Shown here: in pieces, positions 55,511-64,000 of the stretch
Layout of the letters: every line of letters begins with the position of its first letter
Position numbering within the stretch: the stretch's first letter is position 1
Assembly: GCA_049322315.1 (NCBI GenBank)
Contig: JBMORF010000056.1
Coordinates: 11,972 to 75,971 of the forward strand
Direction: 5' to 3'
DNA: 64,000 nucleotides
Origin: Thermodesulfobacteriota bacterium
GTDB taxonomy: Bacteria; Desulfobacterota; Desulfobaccia; Desulfobaccales; 0-14-0-80-60-11
The notes under the pieces: generated by a model
Databases searched by the model: none
The model's input: only the letters and a program-made list of their open reading frames with translations
Told to the model about the DNA's origin: nothing
Made by a program: the position numbers and the translations under genes

Positions 55511-57457
55511 CTACCCCAAGCCGATGGCTCCCCGGATCAGGGGATAGATCTGCGGCGAGACGGAAGTAAAGCGAATTTGCGCTTCCTGGTGGCGGTCGTC
55601 CCCGGGTTTGACTGCGGTGACCTTGCCGTAGAGCCGCTCCGGGTTTTCCCGCCCTGCGGCGTCCAACAGCAGCAAACGGACGTCTTCCCATTCCCCCAGT
55701 TCTCCTTCAAAGGTCAGCATGGCGGTGGTTTCCGATAATTGGGTGATCCAGGCCGCGGTTTCGCTGATCACCACTTTTTCGCTGATGCGCTGGAGATGGA
55801 CGGGGATCTTCTCGGCCAGGGGCGTCAGGGTTTCGTAGCGTTCCGGCAGATGAATGTCATAGGGGGGGCCGATGCCCGTCACCTCGTACAGAGTGGTTTT
55901 CCCCGGCACCCCCTTCAATTTCACCTCCATGACCTCCCCCAACTCGATGAGGTGATGGACCCGGTTAAAAGTGGCGGCCCCGATGAGGACCTGCCCGCCC
56001 ACCGCATAGGATTCGATGCGGCTGGCCATGTTGACGTGGGCCCCCACCACGCTGTATTTGGTCCTTCTCTCGGAGCCGATGTTGCCCACCACCACCTCGC
56101 CGGTATTCACAGCGATGCCCATCTCCAGGTGCGGCAGGCCGTCGGCTCGGTTCAAGGTGTTGACTTCCTCCATGGCCGCCTGCATGGCCAGGGCGCAGGC
56201 CACGGCATTCACCGGATGATCCTCCATGGGGTTGGGGGCGCCGAAAAAGGCCAGGATACCGTCGCCGATGATTTCGTCGATCACTGCCCGGTAATCCGTA
56301 AGAATGTCGATCATCTTCCCCAGGTAACGGTTGAGAAAGGCGACCACGTCTTCCGGGGCCATGTCCGCGGTCAAGGCGGTGAAGCCCCGTAAATCGGAAA
56401 TGAGGATGGATACTTCCCGGGTCTCGCCTCCTAACGCCAGGGCTTCATCGGATTCCAGGAGCCTTTTCACCACTTCCTGGGTGACGTAGCGGCCGAAAGT
56501 GTCCCGGATGAAATCCCGCTTGGCCATATACTCGGTGAGCTGTTCTCCCAAGAGGTTGAAGGAATGGGCCAGCCCCACCACTTCTCTGGCGCCTTTTTCC
56601 GGCACGGCCACGGCAAAGTTGCCTTCCCCCACCTCCGTCACCCCTTTTTGCAAGCGTCTCAGGGGCCGGGAAATGGAAGCGGCAAAATAAAACCCGAACA
56701 GCCCGGCAAGCAGGAAAAAAGTGACTCCGGTCACCAACCCGGCGATCTTGACCAGCCGGGTGGTCTTCTGGGAATGACTTTTGATGGCAGGCTTGGCCTC
56801 AGCCAGGATTTCCTGGGAGGCCCTTTTGAACTTTTTTTGGACGGGAAGAAAGAACTGGTCAATATTCACCACCGCCGCGGTAATGAAGGGGGTGCCCGCC
56901 ACCTGCACGGTGGCCGTATACCGCCGCCGGGGGTTACCTTTTGTATCAAAGAAGGTCAAGTAGCCGGCGACCTTCTTTTGTTGGACCGCCCGGGTCAGCA
57001 ACTGCCACATCTCCGGATAGCGTTGCCTCCAGAGGGCGTAGTCCCGGCCTTCCACGCTTTTGTCGGGATGGAAGATGTTTATCCCGTGCCGGTCAAAGAG
57101 GATGGTGTAGCCGGCGGAGCCTTCGGGGGTATGAATTTCCTGGATGGCGATTCTGCGCAGGTGGTTATTGCGGCGGAGTTCCTGGTAGTTAAAGGGTTTT
57201 TGCCCTTTGAGGACATAGGCCAACTCGGTGGCTACATCCGCAGCCTTGTCCTCGATGATATATTGGCCGTAATGGGTAAGAATCTGGGCGGCCAATTGGT
57301 CGTTGGCATTGGTAATCGCGCCCACGTTTTCTTCGGCAAAAAGCAAATTTTTTTGGGTCATTCTCTCCAGAATCTGGTCATCGACGATCCAGATACCCAG
57401 AATCAGCAGGAGGCTCAAGATCAGATAGGATAGAAGCAATTGGGTGCGGATGCTCAT
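55511..57457 (-). CDS. membrane sensor class III cyclase with the same C-terminal extension, paralog 3
   Basis: ATG 57457 after GGGAGG; architecture and N-terminus (MSIRTQLLLSYL) parallel paralog 1. Confidence 0.9.
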   Translation of the reverse strand: MSIRTQLLLSYLILSLLLILGIWIVDDQILERMTQKNLLFAEENVGAITNANDQLAAQILTHYGQYIIEDKAADVATELAYVLKGQKPFNYQELRRNNHLRRIAIQEIHTPEGSAGYTILFDRHGINIFHPDKSVEGRDYALWRQRYPEMWQLLTRAVQQKKVAGYLTFFDTKGNPRRRYTATVQVAGTPFITAAVVNIDQFFLPVQKKFKRASQEILAEAKPAIKSHSQKTTRLVKIAGLVTGVTFFLLAGLFGFYFAASISRPLRRLQKGVTEVGEGNFAVAVPEKGAREVVGLAHSFNLLGEQLTEYMAKRDFIRDTFGRYVTQEVVKRLLESDEALALGGETREVSILISDLRGFTALTADMAPEDVVAFLNRYLGKMIDILTDYRAVIDEIIGDGILAFFGAPNPMEDHPVNAVACALAMQAAMEEVNTLNRADGLPHLEMGIAVNTGEVVVGNIGSERRTKYSVVGAHVNMASRIESYAVGGQVLIGAATFNRVHHLIELGEVMEVKLKGVPGKTTLYEVTGIGPPYDIHLPERYETLTPLAEKIPVHLQRISEKVVISETAAWITQLSETTAMLTFEGELGEWEDVRLLLLDAAGRENPERLYGKVTAVKPGDDRHQEAQIRFTSVSPQIYPLIRGAIGLG

Positions 57458-57685
57458 CTGCAACCTCCCGAAAGACCAAGGGATAATGGAGCTCAAGGCG
57501 TCTTTTATACCTGGAAGAGTATATAATGTTATGGGGGGGCCAATAAAGAAAAAGAAAGGCGGACAGGGCAGGATTTCTAGGATTATCCCCCGGCTGGGCC
57601 CCGGGGCTCTCCCCGCCGAAACTACGGGGGGCCGCCGGCTGCGGCCCCCCAGGTTCAGCAAGGCTTAAGAAAAAACCAGCTGTGC

Positions 57686-57970
57686 TCAAGGCATAATTTC
57701 CCAATTCGCCTCAAAGGTGTTGTCATAGAGGGTATATAAATACCCCAACATTTTCCCCACGCCTGGGGGCACCCCTTCCTGGATCCGCCAGTAGGCGAGA
57801 TAAATGGCCGGAACCATGCGAGGTTCGCCGGTTTTGGGGTTAGGCGCGATGTTCTGCCACACCTCCCTCTTTTCCATGGTCCGCCAGAGGGTGCCAAATT
57901 TTTTGTTACGAACTATTTGCCCGACTTCGGGCAACCCTTTTTGCCGCACGATTTCTTCGTACTCTTTCAT
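57686..57970 (-). CDS. 94-aa hypothetical protein; domain shared with the C-terminus of the antiporter at 60215-61675
   Basis: VGQIVRNKKFGTLWRTMEKREVW..IPAIYLAYWRI..YLYTLYDNTFEANWEIM vs VGQKMRHRRHGTVWKVIEEKEVW..IPALALRFWKV..YHYTPGDHSFTDYWEIL. Confidence 0.55.
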   Translation of the reverse strand: MKEYEEIVRQKGLPEVGQIVRNKKFGTLWRTMEKREVWQNIAPNPKTGEPRMVPAIYLAYWRIQEGVPPGVGKMLGYLYTLYDNTFEANWEIMP

Positions 57971-58041
57971 GGCCGCCTCCTCTTATCAGGTGAAATTGGG
58001 CAATTGTATAATTAAAAAGATAAGACGCGTTTTTCTAAGTT

Positions 58042-59853
58042 TCAAGATTGCCTGCGGCGATCACCCCCTTTACTAACCAGCGTTAAAGGGCCTCCGTCTC
58101 CATCTCTGGACGCGGCGATCCGTTCCTTTAAGGCCAGCAGTTCTCCTTCGGCTTTCAGGATGGCTGCCAAGCGCTGATCCAACTCCCCCGTCCGGGTAGC
58201 CGTAGTCTCGGCCCGGGCTTGCTTCTGGTTCCGGACCCGCTCCAGGGCCTGGCGGATACTCTGGATGGTTTCGTCCATTTTGGCCAGCCAGGTTTGCCGG
58301 AATTCCCGGGCGATCTCTCCCAGGCGCTGGTGAAAATCATAGCGCAATCGGCCGCAATGCTTGTCCACCAGTTCCGTGACATTTTCCACTAGCTTCTTCA
58401 AGAGCAAACCTTTGGTCAGGGCCCGGGGCAGAAGAGAGGTGACGGTCATCTGCAAAATCTCCAGTCCCACCGGCTCTTCCTTAAATTTGAACCAGAATTG
58501 GCTTTTTTCAGTAAAAATGGTTTCGGCCTCGAAGTCCCGCAAAGAAAAAGAAAAGATGCGGGCGGTCAATTGGGTCAGGCGTTCCAGGATGGCGTTGATG
58601 CGGCCAGCAAAATCCTGGTGGGTGTCGGCCAGACTTTGGGCCAGTTTTTCTATTTCTTGGCGCCGCCAGACCATGAAGATATCCCTTAATGCCCCGAAGA
58701 GAAAATCTTCCATCTCTTTTCTAAGGTTTCCGGCGCCGCGGCTTTTTTGGTTAAAGGCTTCTTCCACCTCCCGGCGCAGCCTGGCCGCGGTCTCCTGCTT
58801 AAAACCGTCCAGGTCGGTGTCCAGTGAAGTTAGCAGCCCTTTGATCCGCCCCGCTAGCACCAGGAGGGACATTTCCCGTTCTTTCTCCAGCCCTTGCAAC
58901 TCCAGGTCGAACCGGGCGATTTTTTCATCCAGCTCCTTAAGGGACAGAGCGCTGGCCTGGCGCTCCACTTTGAGGGCCAGGGTGGAATCGGTGAGGGCCT
59001 TCAAGGCCCCGTGCAAGCAGGAAAATAAGAGCACCCGTCCCTTTTCCTGATAGAGAAACCGGCGCAGATGCTCTTCGAAAGCCGGCAGCAGGCTGGCCTC
59101 CAGAAATTCCGGGTGGCCGTTGGTTTTGGCCTGGAGGGCCATCTTGGCGGAAAGGGGAAAGATGGCGATCTTATCCGCGGCCAGGCTCTCTTGTAGCATC
59201 CCTGCGGTAAAATCCAGGGCTTCTTGGCGTTCGGCCTCATCCACGTAATCGATTTTGTTCAGGACGAAAAAGAGCTTATGGACGTATTCCCGGATATCGC
59301 GCAAGAATTCCTGCTCCGCCGCGGATAAAGGCGGGTCCACGGTGACCACGAAGACCGCCGCGTCAACCTGGGGCAGGTAGTTGTAGGCCACCTCGGTGTT
59401 GTGGCTATACACCGACCCCACCCCGGGGGTGTCGATGATCTGCACCCCATCCTTAAGGTAAGGGGAAGGATAGGCGATCTTTACTTCCCGGACGCCTTTG
59501 CGGTTTTGGGGATTGCCTTTTTCCGTAATGTAGTCGGGAAGTTCTTCCCGTTGAATCTCCCGGGTTTGGCCGTTGTGAAAATGGACCAGGATGCTAAGCT
59601 TCTCCCCGTAGCCCAGGATGGTGACCACGGAGGTCAAAGGCACGATGGCGGTGGGCAGGACCGGCTCTCCCAGCAGGGCGTTGATGAGGGTGCTTTTCCC
59701 CCGTTTGAATGCGCCCAGGATCACCAGGTTGAAACGATTGAGACGCAACTTGTCCAACAAACGTTGCAGATGGGGGCCATGGAGTTCCGGCAAGGCGGTC
59801 AAATGACGCAGTTGCTTTTCCAGGCTTTCCTGGAGTTCCCGGTAACTCCCCAT
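58042..59853 (-). CDS. bacterial dynamin-like GTPase
   Basis: P-loop GAFKRGKSTLINALLG, DTPG, long helical stalk; 603 aa. Confidence 0.85.
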   Translation of the reverse strand: MGSYRELQESLEKQLRHLTALPELHGPHLQRLLDKLRLNRFNLVILGAFKRGKSTLINALLGEPVLPTAIVPLTSVVTILGYGEKLSILVHFHNGQTREIQREELPDYITEKGNPQNRKGVREVKIAYPSPYLKDGVQIIDTPGVGSVYSHNTEVAYNYLPQVDAAVFVVTVDPPLSAAEQEFLRDIREYVHKLFFVLNKIDYVDEAERQEALDFTAGMLQESLAADKIAIFPLSAKMALQAKTNGHPEFLEASLLPAFEEHLRRFLYQEKGRVLLFSCLHGALKALTDSTLALKVERQASALSLKELDEKIARFDLELQGLEKEREMSLLVLAGRIKGLLTSLDTDLDGFKQETAARLRREVEEAFNQKSRGAGNLRKEMEDFLFGALRDIFMVWRRQEIEKLAQSLADTHQDFAGRINAILERLTQLTARIFSFSLRDFEAETIFTEKSQFWFKFKEEPVGLEILQMTVTSLLPRALTKGLLLKKLVENVTELVDKHCGRLRYDFHQRLGEIAREFRQTWLAKMDETIQSIRQALERVRNQKQARAETTATRTGELDQRLAAILKAEGELLALKERIAASRDGDGGPLTLVSKGGDRRRQS

Positions 59854-60214
59854 GGCTCCGCTCCTTCTTCGGGGCGAAAAAAAACTTCTGCCCCAAAATG
59901 GACAGAAGTCATCAGCCCCGGAAAAGCGAGGCAGTTATGGCGGACTTCATCGCCTAGATAAAATAATGTTAGTTAATATAATTGTAATATTCAAGATGGA
60001 AAAATTTTCGCCGGCAAAAAAGTTCCTCTAAACCGGCGATATTTGCCCCTTGACCGGGGGAAATTCTTGGGATAAAGATACTAACTTGAATGCGGCGATG
60101 GAGTCCGCCGGGGTGCCCCTGTTGCATCCGAACCGCGCAAACGCTGATGGCTCCTGATTTCCCTGTGGGCGGTCAGGAGCTTTTTTTATCGGTCCGCTCC
60201 CCTCTGGAGGCCTT

Positions 60215-61675
60215 ATGGCGATCAGTCTGGCATTCATCATCATCCTGGGATTAGCTGCGGATTACCTTTTTCGGCGCCTGAAGCTGCCGGGTCTGGTGGG
60301 TATGCTCCTGGTGGGCATGCTGGTGGGGCCCCATGTCCTGGGGCTGTTAAAGCCGGAAATGATGGCGGTTTCCGCCGATTTTCGCAAAATCGCCCTGATT
60401 GTCATCCTGCTCCGGGCCGGCTTCGAACTTCACAAAGACACCCTGAACCGCACCGCCCGCCCTGCGATCCTGATGTCCTCGGTGCCGGCGCTCTTCGAGA
60501 TCGCCGGGGTGGTGTTGGTAGCCCCGTTTTTCCTCGATCTTACCCCCTTGCAAGCCGCCATCCTGGGGTCGATTTTGGGTGCGGTTTCTCCCGCGGTGGT
60601 GGTGCCCCTGATGATCAATTTCATGGAGCGGGGCATGGGGGCCAAAAAGGGTATCCCCACCCTGACCCTGGCGGCGTCGGCCATCGACGACGTCTTCGTC
60701 ATCGTTATCTTCACCATTCTCCTGGCCCTGGAAAAAGGCCAGGCGGTCAACTATCTCTGGCAGATCGGCAGCATCCCCATCTCCATCGCCCTGGGCATCC
60801 TGGTGGGCCTCGTCCCGGGTTATTTACTCTATAAGATTTTCGGCAAGTTCGATTTCACCAGCCCCCGGCGCACCATCATCGTGGTGGGGGTGGCCATCAT
60901 TCTCACCTGGGTGGAGGACCTGGCCCACCACTGGCTGCCCATCGCCAGCCTCCTGGGGGTCATGGCCTTAGGCTTCGTCATCCTGGAGAAGGACCAGGGC
61001 CTGGCCCACCTCATCTCCCAGAAGCTGAAACGCATCTGGGTCTTTGCCGAACTCCTGCTCTTCGTGCTGGTGGGGGCCCAGGTGAATCTGGAGGTGGCCT
61101 GGCACGCGGGTCTGGCGGGTCTGGCGGTGATTTTCATCGGCCTGGCCTTCCGCTCTGTGGGCACCTACCTCTCCGTCATGGGCGCGGGCCTTAATTTCAA
61201 AGAGAAAATGTTCTGCGTGGTTTCCTACATTCCCAAGGCCACGGTGCAGGCGGCCATCGGCGCCATCCCCATGGAGGCCGGGGTGGCCGGCGGCGAAGTC
61301 ATTCTGGCGGTGGCGGTGCTCTCCATCCTGGCCACCGCGCCCATCGGCGCCATCGCCATTTCCATCATGGGCGAGCGGGTCCTGGAAAAGGATGAGGTCA
61401 ATGTTTACCGCTTCAAGGTCCTCAGGGACAATCTGAACCTCCCCCGGGTGGGCCAAAAAATGCGGCACCGACGCCACGGTACGGTCTGGAAAGTCATCGA
61501 GGAAAAGGAAGTCTGGGTGCCAGGTCCTGGCGAGGGCGCGCCGGCCCAGATCCCAGCCCTGGCCCTGCGCTTTTGGAAGGTTAACGACCGCCTCGGCCGG
61601 GGCCGGACCCGGAGTTACCATTACACCCCGGGGGATCACTCCTTTACGGACTACTGGGAGATTTTGGAAGAATAG
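60215..61675 (+). CDS. cation:proton antiporter (Na+/H+ exchanger family) with ~100-aa soluble C-terminal extension
   Basis: About 11-12 TM helices, CPA-like pattern; C-terminal domain homologous to 57686-57970. Confidence 0.8.
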   Translation: MAISLAFIIILGLAADYLFRRLKLPGLVGMLLVGMLVGPHVLGLLKPEMMAVSADFRKIALIVILLRAGFELHKDTLNRTARPAILMSSVPALFEIAGVVLVAPFFLDLTPLQAAILGSILGAVSPAVVVPLMINFMERGMGAKKGIPTLTLAASAIDDVFVIVIFTILLALEKGQAVNYLWQIGSIPISIALGILVGLVPGYLLYKIFGKFDFTSPRRTIIVVGVAIILTWVEDLAHHWLPIASLLGVMALGFVILEKDQGLAHLISQKLKRIWVFAELLLFVLVGAQVNLEVAWHAGLAGLAVIFIGLAFRSVGTYLSVMGAGLNFKEKMFCVVSYIPKATVQAAIGAIPMEAGVAGGEVILAVAVLSILATAPIGAIAISIMGERVLEKDEVNVYRFKVLRDNLNLPRVGQKMRHRRHGTVWKVIEEKEVWVPGPGEGAPAQIPALALRFWKVNDRLGRGRTRSYHYTPGDHSFTDYWEILEE

Positions 61676-61755
61676 AATTTAGGGGAAATTGCAGTTTTGC
61701 CATGATCTCGACAGTTAAGGCTCGTAGGCCCATTCTGCCGTCTGTGCCCCCCGCC

Positions 61756-62802
61756 TTAAAATTTAAAACCGACGCCCCCCCGAAGGCTAAATTGGGTACT
61801 GGTAAGGCGGTGCTCGATGGACCAGATGTAACTAAAAATGTTGCCAAATTTCTGCCAGTTCTGATCCATATCATTGGCCCTGATCCAGAGCCAGTCTCCC
61901 GACCAATGCAAAAACCAATGCCTGGAGAGTTCGTACCGGCCTTCCCAACCTAGCTTGAAGCCGTAACCATAGGCCTTGGTCTTGGTAAACCTGTCCCGGA
62001 GCAGATGGAAGTCCTTATCTTTGGCGATCAACTTGGGACTGAAGCCGAAGCTGGCCAGGAAGGAAAGGCGTTTATAGGTCAGTTTGCCGGCAAGATCCAG
62101 CATGGGCATCAGGAGATTAAACTTATAGGCGATCGTGGGGCCGGCCTGCGTGATCACGTCTCCGGTGATAAGGTCGGTCTGGACGAGATTGCTGCCGTCC
62201 CAACTGAATTCCTGGTATAAGAGGCCGAGGCCGGGGGCCAGGGCCCAGGCAAAATCCTGGTTTACCCGCTGTTCCAGGAGCCAATAACGCGCCCCCAGGT
62301 CCAGGACATAGCCCGAGAACGCGGTGTCGCTGGTCCCGAAGATGGTTTTGTCGTGGGGAGAGGACAAATCCGTTTCCCAATCAGTATCTTCTATTTTTCC
62401 CGGCCGGTCCGTCAAATTCTTGGAGAAAGCCGCCCGTAATTCCCCTTTCTTTAAGAAGCGCAGCTCGCCACCCACCGACAACATCAGCATATCCAAGGGC
62501 CACTTCAGTTCGCTGATGGGGAAATGCTGTTTCCCGCCAATTATTTGGCCGTCGGCATTTGCTCTGAACTTGCCGCCGATTTGATAGGTGACGTCCCCGG
62601 TCAGATATCCCAGGCCCACCCAGACGCGACCGTATTCGTTGGCGAGCACCTCCTTTTTCTCAGACCCCGATACTTCCAAGGCCTGGGCCGGAGCAGGAAA
62701 CCAAACCGCCACCAGCCACACCCAGACCAAGAGCAGAATCATCCCCGTAAATTTCCGAGCCACTCCGGTAAAAATGCCTTCCTTGCATTGAGCCATGATC
62801 AA
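61756..62802 (-). CDS. omptin-like outer-membrane beta-barrel protein (putative protease)
   Basis: Signal/TM, terminal ..GVGFKF; SELKWPLD, EDTDWE (D-x-D) and DKDFH (D-x-H) align with OmpT SQLDWK, DQDWMD and DNDEH. Confidence 0.55.
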   Translation of the reverse strand: MIMAQCKEGIFTGVARKFTGMILLLVWVWLVAVWFPAPAQALEVSGSEKKEVLANEYGRVWVGLGYLTGDVTYQIGGKFRANADGQIIGGKQHFPISELKWPLDMLMLSVGGELRFLKKGELRAAFSKNLTDRPGKIEDTDWETDLSSPHDKTIFGTSDTAFSGYVLDLGARYWLLEQRVNQDFAWALAPGLGLLYQEFSWDGSNLVQTDLITGDVITQAGPTIAYKFNLLMPMLDLAGKLTYKRLSFLASFGFSPKLIAKDKDFHLLRDRFTKTKAYGYGFKLGWEGRYELSRHWFLHWSGDWLWIRANDMDQNWQKFGNIFSYIWSIEHRLTSTQFSLRGGVGFKF

Positions 62803-63013
62803 AAACCTTGTTCCCGGTTTTCGGGGGCCACACTGTTCCCGGAAGGCAGGATAGGCGGATGGCGGCGAAAAATCAAGTTTTTCCCGGATCCCCGGCCGCC
62901 CCGATTATCGAAGAGAGCGTGCCGTAAGGATATGCCGCGCCGCTTTTCCTCGCGCTCCCTGCAGTTAGCATTAATTTTCGGTCTTTTCCGCTCCCGGGGA
63001 AAAGGGCAATTTC

Positions 63014-63042
63014 TTGACAAAAGTCTGCGGCCTGCATATAAA
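63014..63042 (+). promoter_or_regulatory. sigma-70 promoter for tRNA-Gln
   Basis: TTGACA (63014-63019), 17-nt spacer, TATAAA (63037-63042), ~12 nt before the tRNA 5' end. Confidence 0.55.
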
Positions 63043-63054
63043 TTATTGTGCGCT

Positions 63055-63128
<74 letters not shown>

Positions 63129-63444
63129 TTTTTTTATAATGGTTCTCAATGGGTTTAGCGCAAGCCCGCCGTATGGGGATGGTCTCCCGCCGCCGGCCCC
63201 GCCCCCTTAAATTTCCGGCTGTTCACCAACACCTGTGAATCCCCCAAAAGCTGAAAAATCAGAAGAACCAAGCCTACCCAAAAAGATACTTATCTTGGCT
63301 GGTCTTCGGTGCCGGTAACCTCCTCCGGTTTTAAAACCTAAACTCCTGGATAGCGGATTCGGGCTTCAGGCATTATACTATTTCAATTTCAACCCCCAGG
63401 GGCTTAGCCGGGCAACCGGAAATCTGAGGTAAGGGACCTCACCC

Positions 63445-64000
63445 ATGTGTGGCATTTGCGGCATCGTCTACACTGACCAGCAACGTTTACCGGCCATGGA
63501 GATGCTCCAGGCTATGGCCCGGGCCCTGCGTTTCCGGGGGCCCGATGCGGAAGGCTACTTCCTGGAGCCGGGCGTGGGCCTGGCCCATCGCCGTCTCAGC
63601 GTCATCGATCTGGCCAGGGGCGGGCAACCCATGACCGACCCCGCGGGCCGGGTGACGGTGGTCTACAATGGCGAGATCTATAACTTTTTGGCCTTGCGGG
63701 AAGAACTCAGCGCCCAGGGTTATCAATTCCGCACCACTTCCGACACCGAAGTGCTCCTCTCGGGTTACCTGCAATGGGGGGTTGAGGTCTTACCGCGCCT
63801 GGTGGGCATGTATGCTTTTGCCGTGTGGGATGCCCGGGACCATTCCCTGCTCCTGGCCCGGGACCGCCTGGGGGTAAAGCCCCTCTATTGGGGCCAAGTC
63901 CCCGGAGGCGGAGTGATTTTTGCCTCGGAATTAAGCTCTATCATCGCCAGCCGGGCTGTGCCCCTGCGGCTGGAGGCGAAAGCGCTGGCCAGGTATATGG
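63445..64000 (+). CDS. asnB: asparagine synthase (glutamine-hydrolysing), N-terminal part; continues beyond window
   Basis: My translation of the frame from ATG 63445 has no stop to the window end: MCGICGIV..GLAHRRLSVIDL..GGQPM..VYNGEIYNF..SDTEVLL; not in the ORF track because it is open-ended. Confidence 0.9.
   Translation, partial: MCGICGIVYTDQQRLPAMEMLQAMARALRFRGPDAEGYFLEPGVGLAHRRLSVIDLARGGQPMTDPAGRVTVVYNGEIYNFLALREELSAQGYQFRTTSDTEVLLSGYLQWGVEVLPRLVGMYAFAVWDARDHSLLLARDRLGVKPLYWGQVPGGGVIFASELSSIIASRAVPLRLEAKALARYM

Overview
High-GC (about 60% by eye) chromosomal segment that looks like a Desulfobacterota-type anaerobe: HdrA-like oxidoreductase, a CbcL-like c/b-type cytochrome, sigma-54 regulators, many USP genes and class III cyclases. 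The housekeeping backbone is cspA, slyD, thiC, dxr, rseP, tsaB, RNase E/G, ilvD, dnaN, gyrB, tRNA-Gln and asnB. Signalling content is dense. Two paralogous PEP-synthase-like proteins each sit next to a stand-alone receiver. An HK/NtrC pair lies upstream of a sigma-54-type promoter. Three HAMP-cyclases share a C-terminal extension. Two observations stand out. (1) A ~3.3 kb AT-rich island is inserted in the 3' end of thiC, bounded by a 30-bp perfect direct repeat and lacking an integrase. It carries MerR-like, a 2-TM peptide, a membrane-anchored dCTP-deaminase-fold protein, a radical SAM/SPASM enzyme and a DUF2284-like protein, a combination I do not recognise as a described system; I treat it as a candidate defence or nucleotide-modification module. 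(2) A multihaem cytochrome is split by a single in-frame TGA followed by a SECIS-like hairpin, which suggests selenocysteine or read-through. Other items are a C11-tract frameshift in a USP gene, several short repeat families, and Cys-rich genes inserted between dnaN and gyrB. No CRISPR array, rRNA or intact transposase was seen. All calls come from reading the ORF translations and sequence by eye; no database search was run. Many long ORFs in the track are antisense shadows of real genes, as expected at this GC content.
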